From contig JBHGNT010000002.1 in the NCBI GenBank assembly GCA_043228905.1, positions 17,112,001-17,176,000 on the forward strand: a stretch of DNA of 64,000 bases. Direction: 5' to 3'. Shown here piece after piece: positions 25,909-39,145 of this stretch (positions are counted from its first letter, which is position 1; each line of letters starts with the position of its first letter). The notes under the pieces are model-generated. The model saw only the letters and a program-made list of their open reading frames with translations. It made no database searches and was not told the origin of the DNA. Both the position numbers and the translations under genes were made by a program. Source of the stretch: Azolla caroliniana (taxonomy: Eukaryota; Plantae; Polypodiophyta).

Positions 25909-26350
25909 GCTCCAGAATTTGGCCAACTAAGACCAAATTCTTCGTGATGGTTGGTACATGCAAGACATTTTTAATGTATGTTTGGTTGCCCTCTTTCCCA
26001 AATGGGACATTGACGATGTGCCGAATTGGATGAGTAGTGTTGTCTCCGGTCTCGACATAGCTGGGTTGATCCGGCTCTCAAAGGTCTTAGAACCATTCTT
26101 GATGAGACATGATATGGTTTGAGGCACTAGAGTTGATGAACCATACGTCTTACTTGAGGCAGTAGTCAAAGTAGAAGCCAACATAGAATTTGCTCTATGT
26201 CTCATCACAAACATTCTGCCATGGTCGTCATAGTCGGAGTTGGTGGCATAATTGATTAGTTTTTGGCTTGTGGAAGCCGACTCACGCTTCGTCTTTTGGC
26301 ACTCTTCTTTGTGGTGGCCGATTTTGCCACAATATCTGCATTGGATTGAG
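25909..26350 (-). mobile_element. Copia A upstream segment (gag zinc knuckle plus protease)
   Basis: CRYCGKIGHHKEEC; WFINSSASNH; NVLHVPTITKNLVLVGQILE, continuing in frame at 1420. Confidence 0.85.
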
Positions 26351-27177
26351 TTTTAACACCGAGTCATTTAGAACAGGTAATATGTAACATTCCTTTATTG
26401 AAAAATACATGAGATGTCAAGAATTACAATTTTTTAACAAACTTTCAAGAATGTATCACGCATGCGCGCATGACTTTCAAAAACATCAATAAAAACACAA
26501 GTAATATTATTAAGATTTCAAAGTTAACCTATATTTTCTAAAATCATACACATATTTATCTAGACATTCACTTTGATTACGAGAATGCTTTCAACTATCA
26601 TTAAAATATGCTTCCCTTTACATAATGTCGAATTTGAATCCAATTCAACAATTTTAGAAACACAATTTTAATGCTATATTTCTCTATAACTCCTATAACC
26701 TTTGTTATGATAAATGAGCGAATTGCATTTTTCGGTATAATTAGAAACATATCCACATGTGAATATCACATTATATACCTCTCATGCTCAAAAACTTCTA
26801 CAAACATTATATCTCACTATGATATAAACAACCTACATGAAAGATCAAGCGAGCAAACAATGTTGAGTTAATATTTCTCTATACACTCGAATCCAAATAA
26901 CCTAGAATAAAGCTAAATTCAATTATATTAATAAAGAAACAATTATAACAAACATTTTTCATACTATGGATAAGTTCACCATCATCTATTCAACAAACAT
27001 TATACTTAACAACCACATACTTTGTGAGTACACCAATACAAATGTATGATAGACACTCAAAGTTTGCAAACCAATGAGATAGTGCAAAGAAATGGTACGC
27101 AAACAAAATAATCTTATATTCCAAAAGAAGTCTAGTGTTACAATTTTATATAGTAAAAAATACAAACTAATATACAA

Positions 27178-30100
27178 TCACTCCATTAGGAGGTTCAGAA
27201 CAAGTTGCTCTCCAAGATCAGTTGACAATGGTGCTACATCAACATGTTCTATATCCTCAGCTGAATCTTGTATGTGTTCGGAACCCGGTGCATCTTCAAG
27301 GTCGACTAGGTCGCCTCCTTCCTCATCGATAGGTTCCATCGGCTCTCTGGAGGCCATTTGAAACATCTCTGTTTCATTGATGTGATTTGCCCCAACCTCT
27401 TGGTCTTGGTCGGGACAATCCTAGATGCCTTGGATCATCATCTTAATAAAGTTGACTTGGTCGGGGTCCTTCTCCAATGCGACGCAGTTCCTAAACAATT
27501 TGAGAGCACATGCAATTGTCGTTCCTAAACAAACAATCACACATGCAAAAGTAAGAAAAAAAGACAAGAAATGGTATTTCATTTTTAAAAAACTAGATGA
27601 AACTGTTGTGATTTCCTGTTCCAGAAAACAAGCCAAGAACCCAATCATCAGGGTTTGAGAACAACTCGACCAATTGATTTATTAATCGATGTGGCTTTTG
27701 ATAAGGGTTTACTAAACTCTTATCGCCAGACACATGTCGTAGATTCTTTGTTACAGCTGGGCACATGATGTAATTGACAACATTGCATTCATTAACACGT
27801 GCCCGAGCCTTCTTCTTAGAAATTGCATCGTAGTAGCCCACGCACATGTGCTCCACATCGCTCACCATCTGATCACCTGGGGTCTGAGTTATGCTCGTTT
27901 TAATCCTATTTCACAATTGTTTCAAAACAAGTTAATAAATATGTCCTAAGCAACATAGATTCCACAGATTAAATATATAGTAACAGAATGTTTACCAATG
28001 CATATGTTCGGTGGCATGGCATCTCGACTTCAATGCAATCATGACCAATAACGCCTAACCCATACTGTGAAATATAACAATATGCCATAATGGTGCTAGG
28101 GTCAGCTGACTCTACGAAGTCCTTAACCATCTTCTCTATTTGTGGATATTTGTATGGCACATCGTCGTATGTCGAGCCTGATATTCTGAAACCATACGGT
28201 ATATCCGCAATGAGTAATGTATAATGTCTCTTGGGTAATATGTCAAGCATATTACCCACATCACCATTATATACACTATAATACAATTTTTGGAAAGGAT
28301 CACTCTTGTGCAAAAAGCTTTTGACGGTATCTGAGTCCTCAGGCACCTCGAGCTCCATTCCTTTTGTTATACGTTTCTCGTATTTAGCTCGTTCCAAATG
28401 GGTGATGAAGGCGCTAGGTATGCCTTCATTGTTGTCACTATTCTTCTTTGAACGAGGTGGTTTCTATAATTATAAATTTTGTAAGAAGAAACCCATTATC
28501 CAAAACTCAATTAATATTTGCAGAACATACATACCCATTCTCTAAACACGATAAAGAATTCTTCAAGAGCCTTATAAGATGATGTTTTTGGGCAAAATTG
28601 CTCCACTTCTTCCCACGTAGGCAGGGACAATTTTTTCATCATCAACCCTTGAATCTTCATATACACCTTATGGCTAAGAAACAAATGAAACTAAAATTAG
28701 ACAAAAGGACAAATCAACAAAGCAATCAAATCAAAATGATACATGCACATAGATGACTCACTTTTGTAACTTTGCGACCATTTCGTCAAAGCTAAACTCC
28801 TTGGCGGCCACTCTTGATATTACAAATATCAATAATCTGTCATCCTTAATTCCTTGCAGTGACAACAAAGGAAGTAGCTTCATATATTCAGCTAACTCTT
28901 CACTTACTAAGTCACTTTGACGTGACTTATATTTCATCTCCACCTATGGGTCGAGCTTAGCCTTCTTTGATTTTTGACCCTTTATTTCTTTACGATCCCA
29001 CATACTAAAAATGCAATCTTGGAGGTCCCACACCTCCCCCATTCTAAAGGCAAGTTGAAACCATGAGTCATATTTCCATAGGCCTTCAGACTTGGTGCTT
29101 TCATCAACTGCTATCCCCACTTCAAGTAGACATTGTCGTCGCAATCCAGGATGCAACCGAGTACCAAATTTTTGTAGCGCATCAAGGTACTCGTGATGGA
29201 AGAACTTGATGCGCTCGATACATGGCATCTTTTGTCTATAGTCACTATCGTTGTTATGATCCCAAGCTAACGACTTGGTTTCTTCATGTGTAAGGCCTGC
29301 ATACACTTTACATTTTGCATACTTGAAGAAAGGGGTATGAGGATACTTCTTAACCAGTGGACATCAGGCTTCAACAGAGTGGGATCCTCCAATCACATAG
29401 TATGTATAGTCATTTGCCGAACTGTACTTGAAGTCAGCAACAATAGGGCATTGATTTGGGTCGACCATTACTAAGAATGGCACTACAGTCGCATGTGGAT
29501 TAATCTTCATTTTGCTTTTTAAGTTTTGCACATGCACTAAATGTGGCTCTCTAATTTCTAGAGCTCGTCTTCCTGTCTTCGGATCGATGGGTGGGCGTTG
29601 AGTAGAGCAGATTGGTAAGTGAAATAATTGTCCTTTACGGACAAGCTTCGTCTTCACAATAATTTCTTTGATCCGGTTATGCTCTGAGGTTAGTATCCAC
29701 GATGAAATGTGGTCCCCTGGAAGAATAACTTCAAGCTCGACCTCTTCCTCATCTTCTATGAACTCGAGGACCTCTGGGTCGTCCTCTTCTGGTTGCTGCC
29801 TTTTCTTGTACTTCTTATGTTCCGGTTTGGATTTCTTGGCAGACTTTGGTGGGGTTGTTTCTTGTGTGACCATCAACTCTCCCGTAATGTACGGGCGCAA
29901 AGCAACAATCAAGTTTTTTTTTGTTTGAACATCCTTTTTTAGGGCTTTAGGGTGGCAGGTGTCAGTTATGAAATTACATTCATCGAACTTGACTCTGCGA
30001 AACCCCACCGAGCTATCGACATCGACGAAGAGGTTTGATGAGTCACTGTCTTCATATTCAATGCTTTGTACATAGCCGTAGGTGAATGTCTTTCCCACCT

Positions 30101-30223
30101 GCAACTTGCCTTCATCTTCAGACTTTGCAAGAATAAGAAGGAGGCCCCCTTCTTCCTCGGTGTAGATTAGTGTCCACTCCACATGGGGGTAGCTCTTCAG
30201 GCGAGGCTCCCCACTCTTTCCAC
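27178..30223 (-). pseudogene. Intron-containing gene for a ParB/Srx-like domain plus beta-class N6A/N4C DNA methyltransferase (PF01555-like); decayed, 5' part cut off by element C
   Basis: Predicted exons 30223-28762, 28673-28535, 28463-27996, 27905-27616, 27524-27178. ParB-like YYVIGGSHSVEA..YAGLTHEETKSLAWDHN; MTase YNGDV..L....LLIADIPYG, HW|IK, VEHMCVG, NPYQKP..LI..LVELFSNPDDWVLGLFSGT|GTTIACALKLFRNCVALEKD. Confidence 0.85.
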
Positions 30224-33200
30224 CTGAAATATATGGCGTGATACTATTGTCCATAGGCCAAAGATATAAATTAGTAAATGTAATACGCCGGTAGGTAAGG
30301 CGAGTAGGTAAGGTCGAGTTAGGTAAACGCCGAGTTTCGATCCTTATAGTCAACCGACCGCTCGGCTCTGTATGAAGAAAAAGTATATAAACCGAGGGCT
30401 GTGTACCTCGACGAAGGGAGAGATATCTAGAGCCTAGGCGAGGTCGTTTCATGGATATAAGAGCTTTGTAAGGTCACCAGCTGTGAGCCGTGTTTTTTGT
30501 AATCATTGATAACTGTTTGCAGTAATACATATCTTGTTGTTTTCATCTATGTGCCGTCATTTCTAAGGTCTCAACTACGTATACGACCCACATTCTATTC
30601 TGGGTAGGCTCTCCGTTTTCTTCCCCTAACGACGCCTCTGTGCACAAGTCTTCACGTTCACTTCTCTTGATACCGATAGCTTGTAGGCATATAGAAGGTG
30701 TTCCCAACAGAACGGTTAACACAATTTGGCACGCCCGGTTACAGCTGTGAGATCACAACGAACTATGTTGAAGACAACCTTCAGCCTCCATTACGGCGCC
30801 GAATCGCACCAAGCAGTCTCGACCATCTTTGCCGACGCCTTGAGCTAGTGGAAGGCACTTCCAACTCGGCGGTCACGGACCAGTCTTTCCTAGAAATATC
30901 GAAGGCTCACCGGTTGCAATCCTACCTGCTACTCGGTCGCGAGTTGAGTCCACAACAACCTCTCCACCTAGCCATCCAGAGGTCAACCACCCTGACCTAA
31001 CCCTTTTCCGGTTTTACCGGAAGACCCCGAAGTCGATACCATGCCGTATCCTTACCCACGATACACCGACAGCCCCGACGCGGAGTCGCACGTCCGTGCC
31101 TTCGTGTCCACCTGGCAGGCCAACCACTCAACACAACGACTCTCGCCTGCCGAAATCGAGGCCTCAAAAATTGCCGAATTTACGCTATCCCTCGATGGAC
31201 CAGCCGCGCTATGGTATTCTAGCCTCGACACAGGGGAATTTGTCACCTTCCACAACGTTCTCACGTAGTTCCTAGAACTGTTCCATCGCGAGGTGCCCAA
31301 ACGAGAATTGCTCCGACAGTTCTTTTCCATGCGACAAGAACAGCACGAGACGGTCGCACAGTTCACGATCCGGTTCCGGGATCTCTACAGACAAGTGGCC
31401 CACGATGTCTCTGCACAACACATTCCAGACGCATTCTTGTCCAGCCTATGGGAGCCTCTACGGACGACTCTCGCATTTACTAATTTTTCCAACCAAACGA
31501 TTGAGCAAGTCATAGCGCGCGTCCTCGCCCTCGATCGGACTCAGCAAAGCACGACTTTCTCTATGAGTTCACTGCAAAGCGCCCTTCCCCAGGAGGACAA
31601 TCGCTTCCGCCAAGACCTCCAATGCACAATTTGTTTGGGATCGGGCCATCTCGCCCTCGAATGTCCGCACTGGCCACAATGTCCGATCTGCTAGTCCCGA
31701 TCTCACACTACTGAGCAATGTGAATACAATATGCTCAACCGCACAACGACGGCCCCGGTTCGCCAGATCGAGTCCTGGGATACATACTCTCGTCAGGACA
31801 AGCGACAATCCTATCGTAACCAGGATAACCAACGACCTCGATCGCCGGATAGACGGCGCTGTAACGACGATTACCGTCGGGACGACGACCGTTACCGAAA
31901 CGACAATCGACGGAGATCGGACGACCGCCGTGATTGCTATCACGATGACCAGTATCGGGCAAACGACGATTATGATCGGAATGAAGATGATTGGGATGAC
32001 CGATACGATAAGAGAAATTTCCGTAATGATCGACGCAACTCTCACCGAGGATCGCGCAATAACAGAAGGAATAACGACAACCGTCATCGGGACCCTCGCA
32101 CAATGAACTGCGCAGCTCGAACGCGCCCTGGACCAACCCACAAACACACGAGGCCGGGAATCAACCGCACCCCCCCCCCCCCCCCCCCACACACACAGAT
32201 CGGGCTAGCACCAGCAACTCGGCCGACGTTACCTACTTCAAGTGCAACAAACCCGGTCACTATGCTACGTAATGCCCAACAACATATCGCGGAAAGGCTC
32301 CTGCCGTGAATAGTATTATGGCCGACGTGCAAAACGTCACAACACGCAGCAAAGCCCAAGCTACCCCATGGCAAGTACAGGATGAAGTCCGGCAAGCAGC
32401 CAAAGAATGGATGGATACGGCCAACAAAAACAATGTGGTGCGAATGCAAACAGAAATGGGAGACGCGACCATCGGAGCAACACAGTCCTCGGCACCATCC
32501 ACGTTGACAGAAGATGGCCAGTTGTGGGACGCCCTTACCAGTTCTAGGATCTCCTCGCCTCTGCATAAACTCTTACCACTCATGCCCTGTTTTCGGGACA
32601 CCTTGGCTACACTCACGACCAACACACATTCCACTGTGCCACCTGTGCACCTGACTGAGCCAGGAACGGGTCCAACCCTCATGGATGCGTAGAATCCAGC
32701 CATAAAAATTATGATTAAAGGAAGGGACCTGCACGGGTGCATAATCGATGATGCCTCTAGCGTGAATGTCATTAGCGAGGCTACCTGTAATAAACTCGGC
32801 CTGAATCAATGGGAACCTCGCCTCTTTTGGCTTCGGATGGCCTACACACGATCGGTTCGCCCCATCGGCTTAATCTGCCACCTCGACTTTACTCTCGAAG
32901 GTCACATGTTCACTATCTCGGCCGTTGTATTACGACTTGATGCACAGGGGGCTTACCCAATGTTACTGGGCAGACCATGGTTGCGCAGAACAAATATCAA
33001 ACAACATTGGCAGCGCAACATGATCTCGTTTTGTCGAGGAAAGACCAAGGTCTGGATCATAACCAAAGAACGAGTAACCACGCCCCACAACACCTCGCCA
33101 TTATACGTAGAAGTGGTGCTCATGCTCGACGGGTTAGCCGATGACAAGGTGGATGACTTCCTAGAAGACCAACCCACTATCATACCTCTATTTGAAATTG

Positions 33201-34419
33201 ACTCCATGATGGCCATCGGCACACCTCTAGACGAGGAAGTCACGGTGAATACACCTCCCCAGGAGGAGCCCAATCCCACCACCATCGCAGAATTATGACA
33301 CGCTCGGGACGCTTTTGAACGTGAACTCGACATCTCCCAATGAGTGAAGGCATCAACGCTCGAAACACTAAACCTCGGTTCGGATGAGAACCCTCGCACC
33401 CTACAGATTGCTAATAACTTACAAACCGGCGAACGAGCAACCCTCATACATTTACTCACCAATTACCAGGATGTATTCGCATGGTCTTACACGGATATGA
33501 AGGGTTTGGACCCACAATACTACCAACACCAGATCCATCTTCTACCGGACGCTCGGTTGGTTCAACAAAGACGATACCGGATGAACCCCAATTATGCGGC
33601 TAAGGTCAAGGAAGAAATAGAAAAGCTCCTCCGAGTTGGGTTCATACGACCTTTAAAACGTGCCACATGGTTAAGCCCAATCGTAGTCGTCCCCAAGAAA
33701 AACGGGAAAATCCGAGTTTGTGTCGACTACCGCAACCTTAATGCTGCAACGGTCATGGTGTCGTGAAGAATTTCGGCCAGAGGCGGAAACCGGGAAATAT
33801 TGGCTACATCGGCGGGGTGCAGCATGTGCACTCACCCTTGTACATTTAGTGTGAATAACGAGGGTGCCTTTATGGTGCCGAAGGGTAATCAAGTCGGGAC
33901 AAGAATCCCATGTAATAAGGGATTTATCCCACGATGCTACGGATCCCTCTTCTTGTTCTATAAAAGGAAGGGAGCGCCCTTGGTGAAGGGGTTGCCCATT
34001 TTGGTAGTAGGGTATACCGTTAGAGGAAGAAACGTTCTCTCTTCCTCTTTCCTTTTATTCTTGGTTTTAGGGTTTTTTTTTTTCCTCTGCTTCTTCCTCT
34101 TCGTCATTCTGTGTATCGAGCCGGGACTTCTAGTGTTTCTGTTTGCTACCCCATCCCCTGTGCAAGACCCCACTCGGCGCGACAAGCCCGAGAGCTCCTC
34201 GACCGACGGCTTGGCAGTAGACGACTGTTGCAACCTGAGCTACTTAGGTCGGGCTCGATGCCAGTATTGTATCCTAATTTTGTAATATATGTGTGGAGGG
34301 TTCTGCGTATCGGTGTCTGTGTGGGTGTTTTAGTGTTCTCTTACCTCCATTTCTGTACATAAGGGCGTGAGCTGGGTCGGTGTGGTGCATGTGTGTGTGT
34401 GTGTGTGAGTAGGTGTCAA

Positions 34420-34454
<35 letters not shown>

Positions 34455-34600
34455 CGGTTGCTTCCGGAACGCGTCCGGAATCGTTTCTCGGCTTCCCTTC
34501 TTCCCTTGTCCGAGACCCCCGTGGTCCCGCCCTTCTACACGCTGTCGAGTTGTTACGCGTGTGCGTGTAGAAAGAGGCGGGACCATGGGGACCTTGAACC

Positions 34601-34672
<72 letters not shown>

Positions 34673-37288
34673 AGAGGAGAAGAGATTTGCAGGTACGCAA
34701 AGGGGCGAAGGAAAGAGAAAGAAACGGAACACTTAATTACAGTAACGGTCGATTACAATATCAAGAGATTACAAACTCTGACGATTACAACCGGCAAGGC
34801 GGCGATGGACCCGACACGGGGATCCTACTCACACACACAGAGAGAACACACTGGACCCCAAAAAAAAAGAAGCGTAGAAGGGAGAGCCTCTACTGGCAGC
34901 GCACGGGCTACCCACGAAGCAGAGGCGTGGAACTCCTAGCACCCACAAAGAATGACGATCGGAGGAGGAGAGAGAGCTCGGCACTCGGTCCTGCAACACT
35001 TTGTCCTCCCTAACGCGCAATACCTTTTCTTCATTCTCTCCCTCCTTAAATAGTTCGCAAAGGGGAGACCCTTCTTCCTTAGTCCAATTGCTTTATTCCT
35101 TGTCCCTTCCGACAGAGATATGCACAAATCCCCTAATAAATGTGTACTACCTAGTATTTACATCAGCCGACCTAATTACGAATTATGTACAAAATATCAA
35201 TTCTCGCGTCCACCCGTGTAAGAGCCGGTTCATGCGCCTTTTTCTCCGATTCCGCCCATGGCCGGTTTTCTTCATGACATCCACCCCCACCAAACCGTGC
35301 ATCCACCGGCATGTGCCAGAGACGGGTAGATACCGAAGAAAACCGGCGTCACTTGTCGCTCTCGGATTCTTCACCGGGCCCGAACCAATCGTCGTCGTCG
35401 CTCTCGCTCGCCGGCTCTGGCTTGTCTTCGAACCGCTTCTTGAACGCTTTGATTCGCTTTCCGGCCACCGGTACCGCTACCCGTGTCCCATCGAGTTCTG
35501 CTAGGTGGTATGTGCCGTTGTCATTCGCGCTCATCACCCTGTAGGGCCCGAACCATCTCCTAGCAAACTTTCGCATCACCTTGTGCTGATTGTCGAGGCT
35601 GCTGTCGTATACCAAGACCCAGTGCCCTTCCTCGATCTTCTTTGGTCGCAACCGGTGCGTCCGGTTGAACCGGGTCTTGTTCCACTCCCTTGCCGCACGC
35701 AGCTTTTCCTTTGCCCGTTTCACGTCCTCCGGCCTCCGCTCGAGTTGCCGAATCCGCGCCGCCAGTAACTCCTCCCAGCTCATCTCGTCCTTCTCATTCC
35801 ACCGGCATGATCGGCTTCTGTACGTACATAAGCTCTGCCGGCATAAACCCTGTCACCAAACTATGCGTAGTTCAGTCCGCCCATAGTGCGTAAGGAAGGA
35901 GCTGCGACCAATTCCCGACCTGCCCTCTGCATGCACGCACCAACGACTTTACGATCGGCTCGTGCCCAGGTTCTACCTTCCCGTTCTCCTTCGGATTGTA
36001 CGCCGTAGTGAGGGAGAGTTTAACCCCTAGCCGATCGAACAACTCCTCAGCTTCCCGCGCATCCAACTCTCCCCGGTCCGCCACGATCCTCCCGACGCAC
36101 CCGTACCGACACACTACCTCTTCGATCAGGAACCGACATACCGTCGCGGTTGTCTTGTTCTGCAGTGCACGGCCTTCCACTTGGTTCGTTAGGTCTTCCC
36201 GCGCAAGCACCATGTATCGCATCTATCCTACTCTCATTGGCATCGTCACCAAGTCCACCATCCACTTGAAATGGACCGTAGGCGGGTAAGCCGGGTGTAG
36301 CTCATCCCGATGTCGGACTACGGAGTGCATCTGACAGCTTTTGCAAGTCGTTACGAACCGATGCACGTCCTGATACAGCCCCGGCCACCAGTACTTCTCC
36401 TTCAGCTTCTCGAACGTGGCCCACGTTCCGCGTTTCCTGGCCCAGGGACTCTCGACGTGAAATCCCGCTAGTGGTTCCTCATGTTCTTCTTTCTTTGCTA
36501 CTACTCAGAGTGGGATCTCGTTTCTTTTCTTTGGGTACCTCCATATGCACCCGTCCCGTAGGAAGAATCGGTACGCCTTCTTCCGAACCCGGCTCGCCTC
36601 TTCTCTCGTCCACGCTGCGTTTGGCGTCATCGCCCGTAGGAACCTCCAGATATGGAGCCACTCGCCGTCGTACCTGCTTTCGTCAAATTCGTTAAGCGCC
36701 GGAGTGTCCCCTTTCCTGGTCATCACATTAGCCGACCCGAAGAAGTCCTCGCCGACTTCTTCATCATCCGAAACCATGCCGTCTTCGTCCTTGAACCTTG
36801 CTCTCGAAAGCATGTCAGCCATGGCGTTATCCTTTCTGGAGATGTGCCGTATCTCCGGGTTCAGGAACTTAATGTACTCTATCCACCGGAGCATTGCTAG
36901 GTCCGACGTCGCGCATCCAGAAACCATGCCGAGTATCGACAGGCAGTCCGTCTCAATTTTTACCTCCATCCCGATCAGGTAGTCCCTGTCGGCCTTGATT
37001 GCCGAAACGATACCCCATAGTTCGCGCTTGACTTGGGCGTATCCTTGTTGTCGCTCGCTCAATACCTTCGCCCCGAACCGGATAGGGAACCGTGCGCTGT
37101 CCTTGTCCTCCTGGTTGATCACCCACCCGATCCCGGTTGGGCTCGTGTCCACCATTACGTAGATGGGGACCCCCTTACCGTAAACCGCTTTACGGAGAGC
37201 TGGCGCTACCGTAAGTGCCTCCTTTAGTCTCCGGACCGACTCCGTGTGCTCCGTCCTCCACTCAAAGCTACGCCCCTTTTTCAATAGT

Positions 37289-37633
37289 TGTTACCCGTAA
37301 GAATATACGGGGAGGCATAGGGGTATGTATAATGATGTGGTTGATGTGTATGTGTAAAGTAAATGAGTGTGTGAGGATGAGTATGTGTATGGACACATGC
37401 ACAATTATGTGCATGTGTACAAGAATGCGTAACGGTCTTATTTATAACGGTCAGTAACCATTACATTGGATGTATTATATAAACCCCCTATGGGGTATGT
37501 AATGAGATATACATTTTTCCCCTCTTATTTTGTGTCATTTTCAATTTGTCTTTCTCTCTAGCTCTCTCACTATCGTAACCCCCTTGGGAGGGGGGTGAAG
37601 CCATTCTAAGCTTCACCCCCCACCCCGACAACA
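37289..37633. mobile_element. Solo LTR (345 bp) inserted in the RT/RH region of E
   Basis: TGTT...AACA ends; perfect TSD ATAGT at 37284-37288 and 37634-37638; E frame LYGLL|KKGRSFEW is restored on removal. Confidence 0.9.
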
Positions 37634-39078
37634 ATAGTCCGTAGAGGGGTTTCGCGACATGTGCGTAGTGCGCGATCCAGATGTGGTAGAACGTGCATGC
37701 TCCCAAGAATCTGCGGACCTCCGTGACCGAGCCGCAATCATTCCTCATCGCGGAGATGGCCTCTACCTTTGCCGGAGACGGTTTCCTACCGTAAGGCCCG
37801 CATAGGTGTCCGACCACCAAGATCTCCGACTGCCCGAATGCCGATTTTTCTCCGGAGAAGGTGAGTCGTGCGTTTTCGAGCCTCTACAGCAGCTTCTCGC
37901 AGTCGTTGATGTGGTTCACGACGAACCTCTGGCATCCGTTTGGCCCGACAATCTCGTCCCCATCATCCACCAGACACCCCTTTATCGGGATGTCGTCCAA
38001 GAATGGCATGGTGATGTTCGGGATGCAGTCCCTCAACACCTTGTTCATTGCGTTCACCATATGTGCCACCGAATTCGTCCTGCCTTGTGGTAGGGTACAC
38101 ATCCATACTAGGCCGAGAGGGGTTCACATCGTCGTGATATCCCTGCTCTCCACGGCTAGTTGGAACTGGTCGTACCCCGACTATAAGTCACCGACCGAAT
38201 AGATCGACCTTCTAGCAAAGGCCTCCGTGAACTCTTCTATGGTCGGTTCGATTCCTACATTACGGATGGTCACCCTATTGACCGGTTGCAGGTCCTGAAT
38301 GAAGCGCAGCGTGCCGTTCTTCTTCAGCACCGTAAACCACCGATTCGAATATGGGGCACTCGACGGTTTGAGGATGCCCATCTCCACCTTTTGCTTCAGA
38401 AGCTCCATCAACTTTGGGATGTGAGCTCTCGGCACCGGAATCGGTTTGAGATTCCATGGTACATGCGGTACCATGAGGATCACCATCGGTTCGATGATCG
38501 TCGGGTCCACGCACCCGATCTCCTTCGGCGAGAATGCGAAGGCTTTCCCATGCCTTTCGAGCATTCTCCGAAACCTGTCCTCCTCTGTCGGCAGTAGAAA
38601 GCCACACCCACTGACCTTGAGCTCCCGTAGCCTTATGTCGGTGAACCGGTGCCCTATGCCAACCAGATTACGTAAACTTGGGTCTGATGCGACCCCTTTT
38701 TTCCGCTCCTCGCTGCCCTCCGGTAGGGTGTCGCGACTAGCCTCACCTTCTGGTCCACAATCTTGTACTTTGTATCCACGCGGGCCGTCCGATCCGACTC
38801 GATCCTTTCCCCGAAGTCCGCGATGACTTCGTACATTCCCATCAAACTAACTGGAACGGTCCATTCTTCTCTAAGGTCTTCACTGATCACCTTTCGCAAC
38901 TCGCCCAAGGTGTCGTCAAAAGAGACCGCCTCCACGGCGCCGCTGATTTGTTCGTCGGGGGAGAGGACTCTGCATCCCCTGAGCCGCTCCTTTGCTCTCT
39001 TCGTCTCCCGGCCACTGACATCGACTATAGTACAACCTCCGTTTTCGGAGAACCAAAACTTCCTACCTACTGTACATG

Positions 39079-39145
39079 TGTGGGGTTCTTCCAGTACGTC
39101 CGGACTACCGCGGCCCCACACCTTGATAGCCCTTTCTAAAAATCC
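39079..39145 (-). promoter_or_regulatory. -1 ribosomal frameshift signal (slippery site plus pseudoknot), element E
   Basis: G GAT TTT TAG; stem GGGCTATC/GGTAGTCC; loop TGTGGGG pairs with downstream CCCCACA. Confidence 0.75.

Noticed and set aside
26350-27170. Possible second decayed gene or transposon terminus downstream of the MTase gene
   Set aside because: AT-rich with many stops; no motif, TIR or TSD could be identified by eye.
27178-30223. Bacterial contamination as the source of the MTase
   Set aside because: It has spliceosomal introns splitting conserved motifs and is contiguous with plant retrotransposons on both sides.
30224-30452. N-terminal ~76 aa of ORF 29364-30452 as part of the protein
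   Set aside because: It runs through a splice acceptor (TTTCAG at 30224) and into the antisense strand of the element C LTR.
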